IMG/VR virus record: IMGVR_UViG_3300032216_000179
Coordinates: 1-36,069 of that record
DNA length: 36,069 nucleotides
From: a virus
Taxonomy: Duplodnaviria > Caudoviricetes
Direction: 5' to 3' (one strand)
This document shows positions 35,333-36,069 of the stretch, piece by piece. How positions within the stretch are numbered: the first letter of the stretch is position 1; the number at the start of each line of letters is the position of its first letter. The position numbers and the translations under genes are program-made. Below the pieces are notes generated by a model. The model was not told where the DNA came from and searched no databases. It saw nothing but the letters and a program-made list of their open reading frames with translations.

Positions 35333-36069
35333 ATGGCAGTCAATCTATCACCCATAGGCAACGGAGTAAGTTTTTTAGGCACGACAGGACTACCATTAAG
35401 TGGTGGCAAGATATATACCTATCAAGCTGGATCATCTACACCGTTAGCAACTTACACAACCAATAGCGGAATCATAGCTAACGCTAATCCAATAGTATTA
35501 GGAACTGACGGTAGAACGCCAAGTGAAATTTGGTTGACTTACGGTTACAACTATAAATTTGTATTACAAGATTCAGTGGGTTCAACAATTGCTACATACG
35601 ATAACTTATACGGCATATTAGGAACTATTCCTGCGGCTTCATCTACATTGCCAACAGGCATGATTCTTTTATGGTCAGGCTCAATTGGTTCTATTCCTAG
35701 CGGTTACTTATTATGTGACGGAACAAACTCAACACCTGACCTTCGTGATCGTTTTATTATTGGTGCAGGTAATACATATTCTGTAAACCAAACAGGTGGA
35801 ACAGCCGATGCAATTGTGGTATCCCATAGCCATACTGCAACATCTACATCAACAGTTACTGATCCAGGCCATCAACATACATTAACAAATTATGGTTCTG
35901 CTCAAGCAGGAACTGATCTTGGTGGCGCACCTGTTATGGCTTCTACAGGATACTCTACATCAAGAAATCCAAATCCTACCAATTCGGCAACAACAGGGAT
36001 TACAGTTGCAACTTCTACAACAACAGACACAGCAGGAACAAGTGGAACAGGTCAAAACATTCCTCCATA
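35333..36069 (+). CDS. Short tail fibre: P22 tailspike head-binding-like N-terminus plus tail collar domain (255 aa across the origin; not in the ORF track)
   Basis: PLSGGKIYTYQAGSSTP...NPIVLGTDGR; PTGMILLWSG...GYLLCDGTNSTPDLRDRFIIGAG; HSH and HQH motifs. Confidence 0.88.
   Translation, partial: MAVNLSPIGNGVSFLGTTGLPLSGGKIYTYQAGSSTPLATYTTNSGIIANANPIVLGTDGRTPSEIWLTYGYNYKFVLQDSVGSTIATYDNLYGILGTIPAASSTLPTGMILLWSGSIGSIPSGYLLCDGTNSTPDLRDRFIIGAGNTYSVNQTGGTADAIVVSHSHTATSTSTVTDPGHQHTLTNYGSAQAGTDLGGAPVMASTGYSTSRNPNPTNSATTGITVATSTTTDTAGTSGTGQNIPP
35947..36069. repeat. Terminal overlap, copy 2
   Basis: Identical to 1-123. Confidence 0.97.

Noticed and set aside
1-36069. tRNA, rRNA, CRISPR array, integrase/att, introns or inteins, alternative genetic code
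   Set aside because: None seen; genes pack tightly under the standard code with all three stops used, and terL, portal and coat are uninterrupted

Overview
The window appears to be a complete, circularly permuted genome (~35.9 kb, AT-rich) of a P22-like podophage. Bases 1-123 are identical to 35947-36069, and a tail-fibre gene reads across that junction. A lysis cassette (157-1829, +) is followed by a leftward early/accessory arm (1813-6308, -) with a DUF6378-like protein, SprT-like protease, HTH-metallophosphoesterase, SleB-like hydrolase, YqaJ exonuclease and Sak-like annealase. Next is a divergent control region with two identical palindromic operators and a Cro-like gene; I found no CI repressor or integrase. 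The rightward arm carries a replication initiator with internal iterons, a C5 DNA methyltransferase with an overlapping second-frame ORF, SSB, a TraR-like protein, NinB, NinG, GroES, a ParB-MTase fusion, terminase, P22-type portal/scaffold/coat, decoration and fibre proteins, gp4/gp10-like tail proteins and ejection proteins. A betaproteobacterial host (e.g. freshwater Methylophilaceae) is an inference from the SSB sequence and base composition only. The most notable points are: (1) a two-reading-frame C5 MTase with tandem TRD-like modules; (2) apparent genome-wide avoidance of CCRGW/WCYGG and GTAC, with exceptions concentrated in that MTase gene; (3) a shared beta-rich module inserted, and nested, in the gp4- and gp10-like tail proteins; (4) a lambdoid switch reduced to Cro only; (5) a separately promoted MPE/SprT/DUF6378/SleB cassette. 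All family assignments come from motif recognition by eye, not from database searches.
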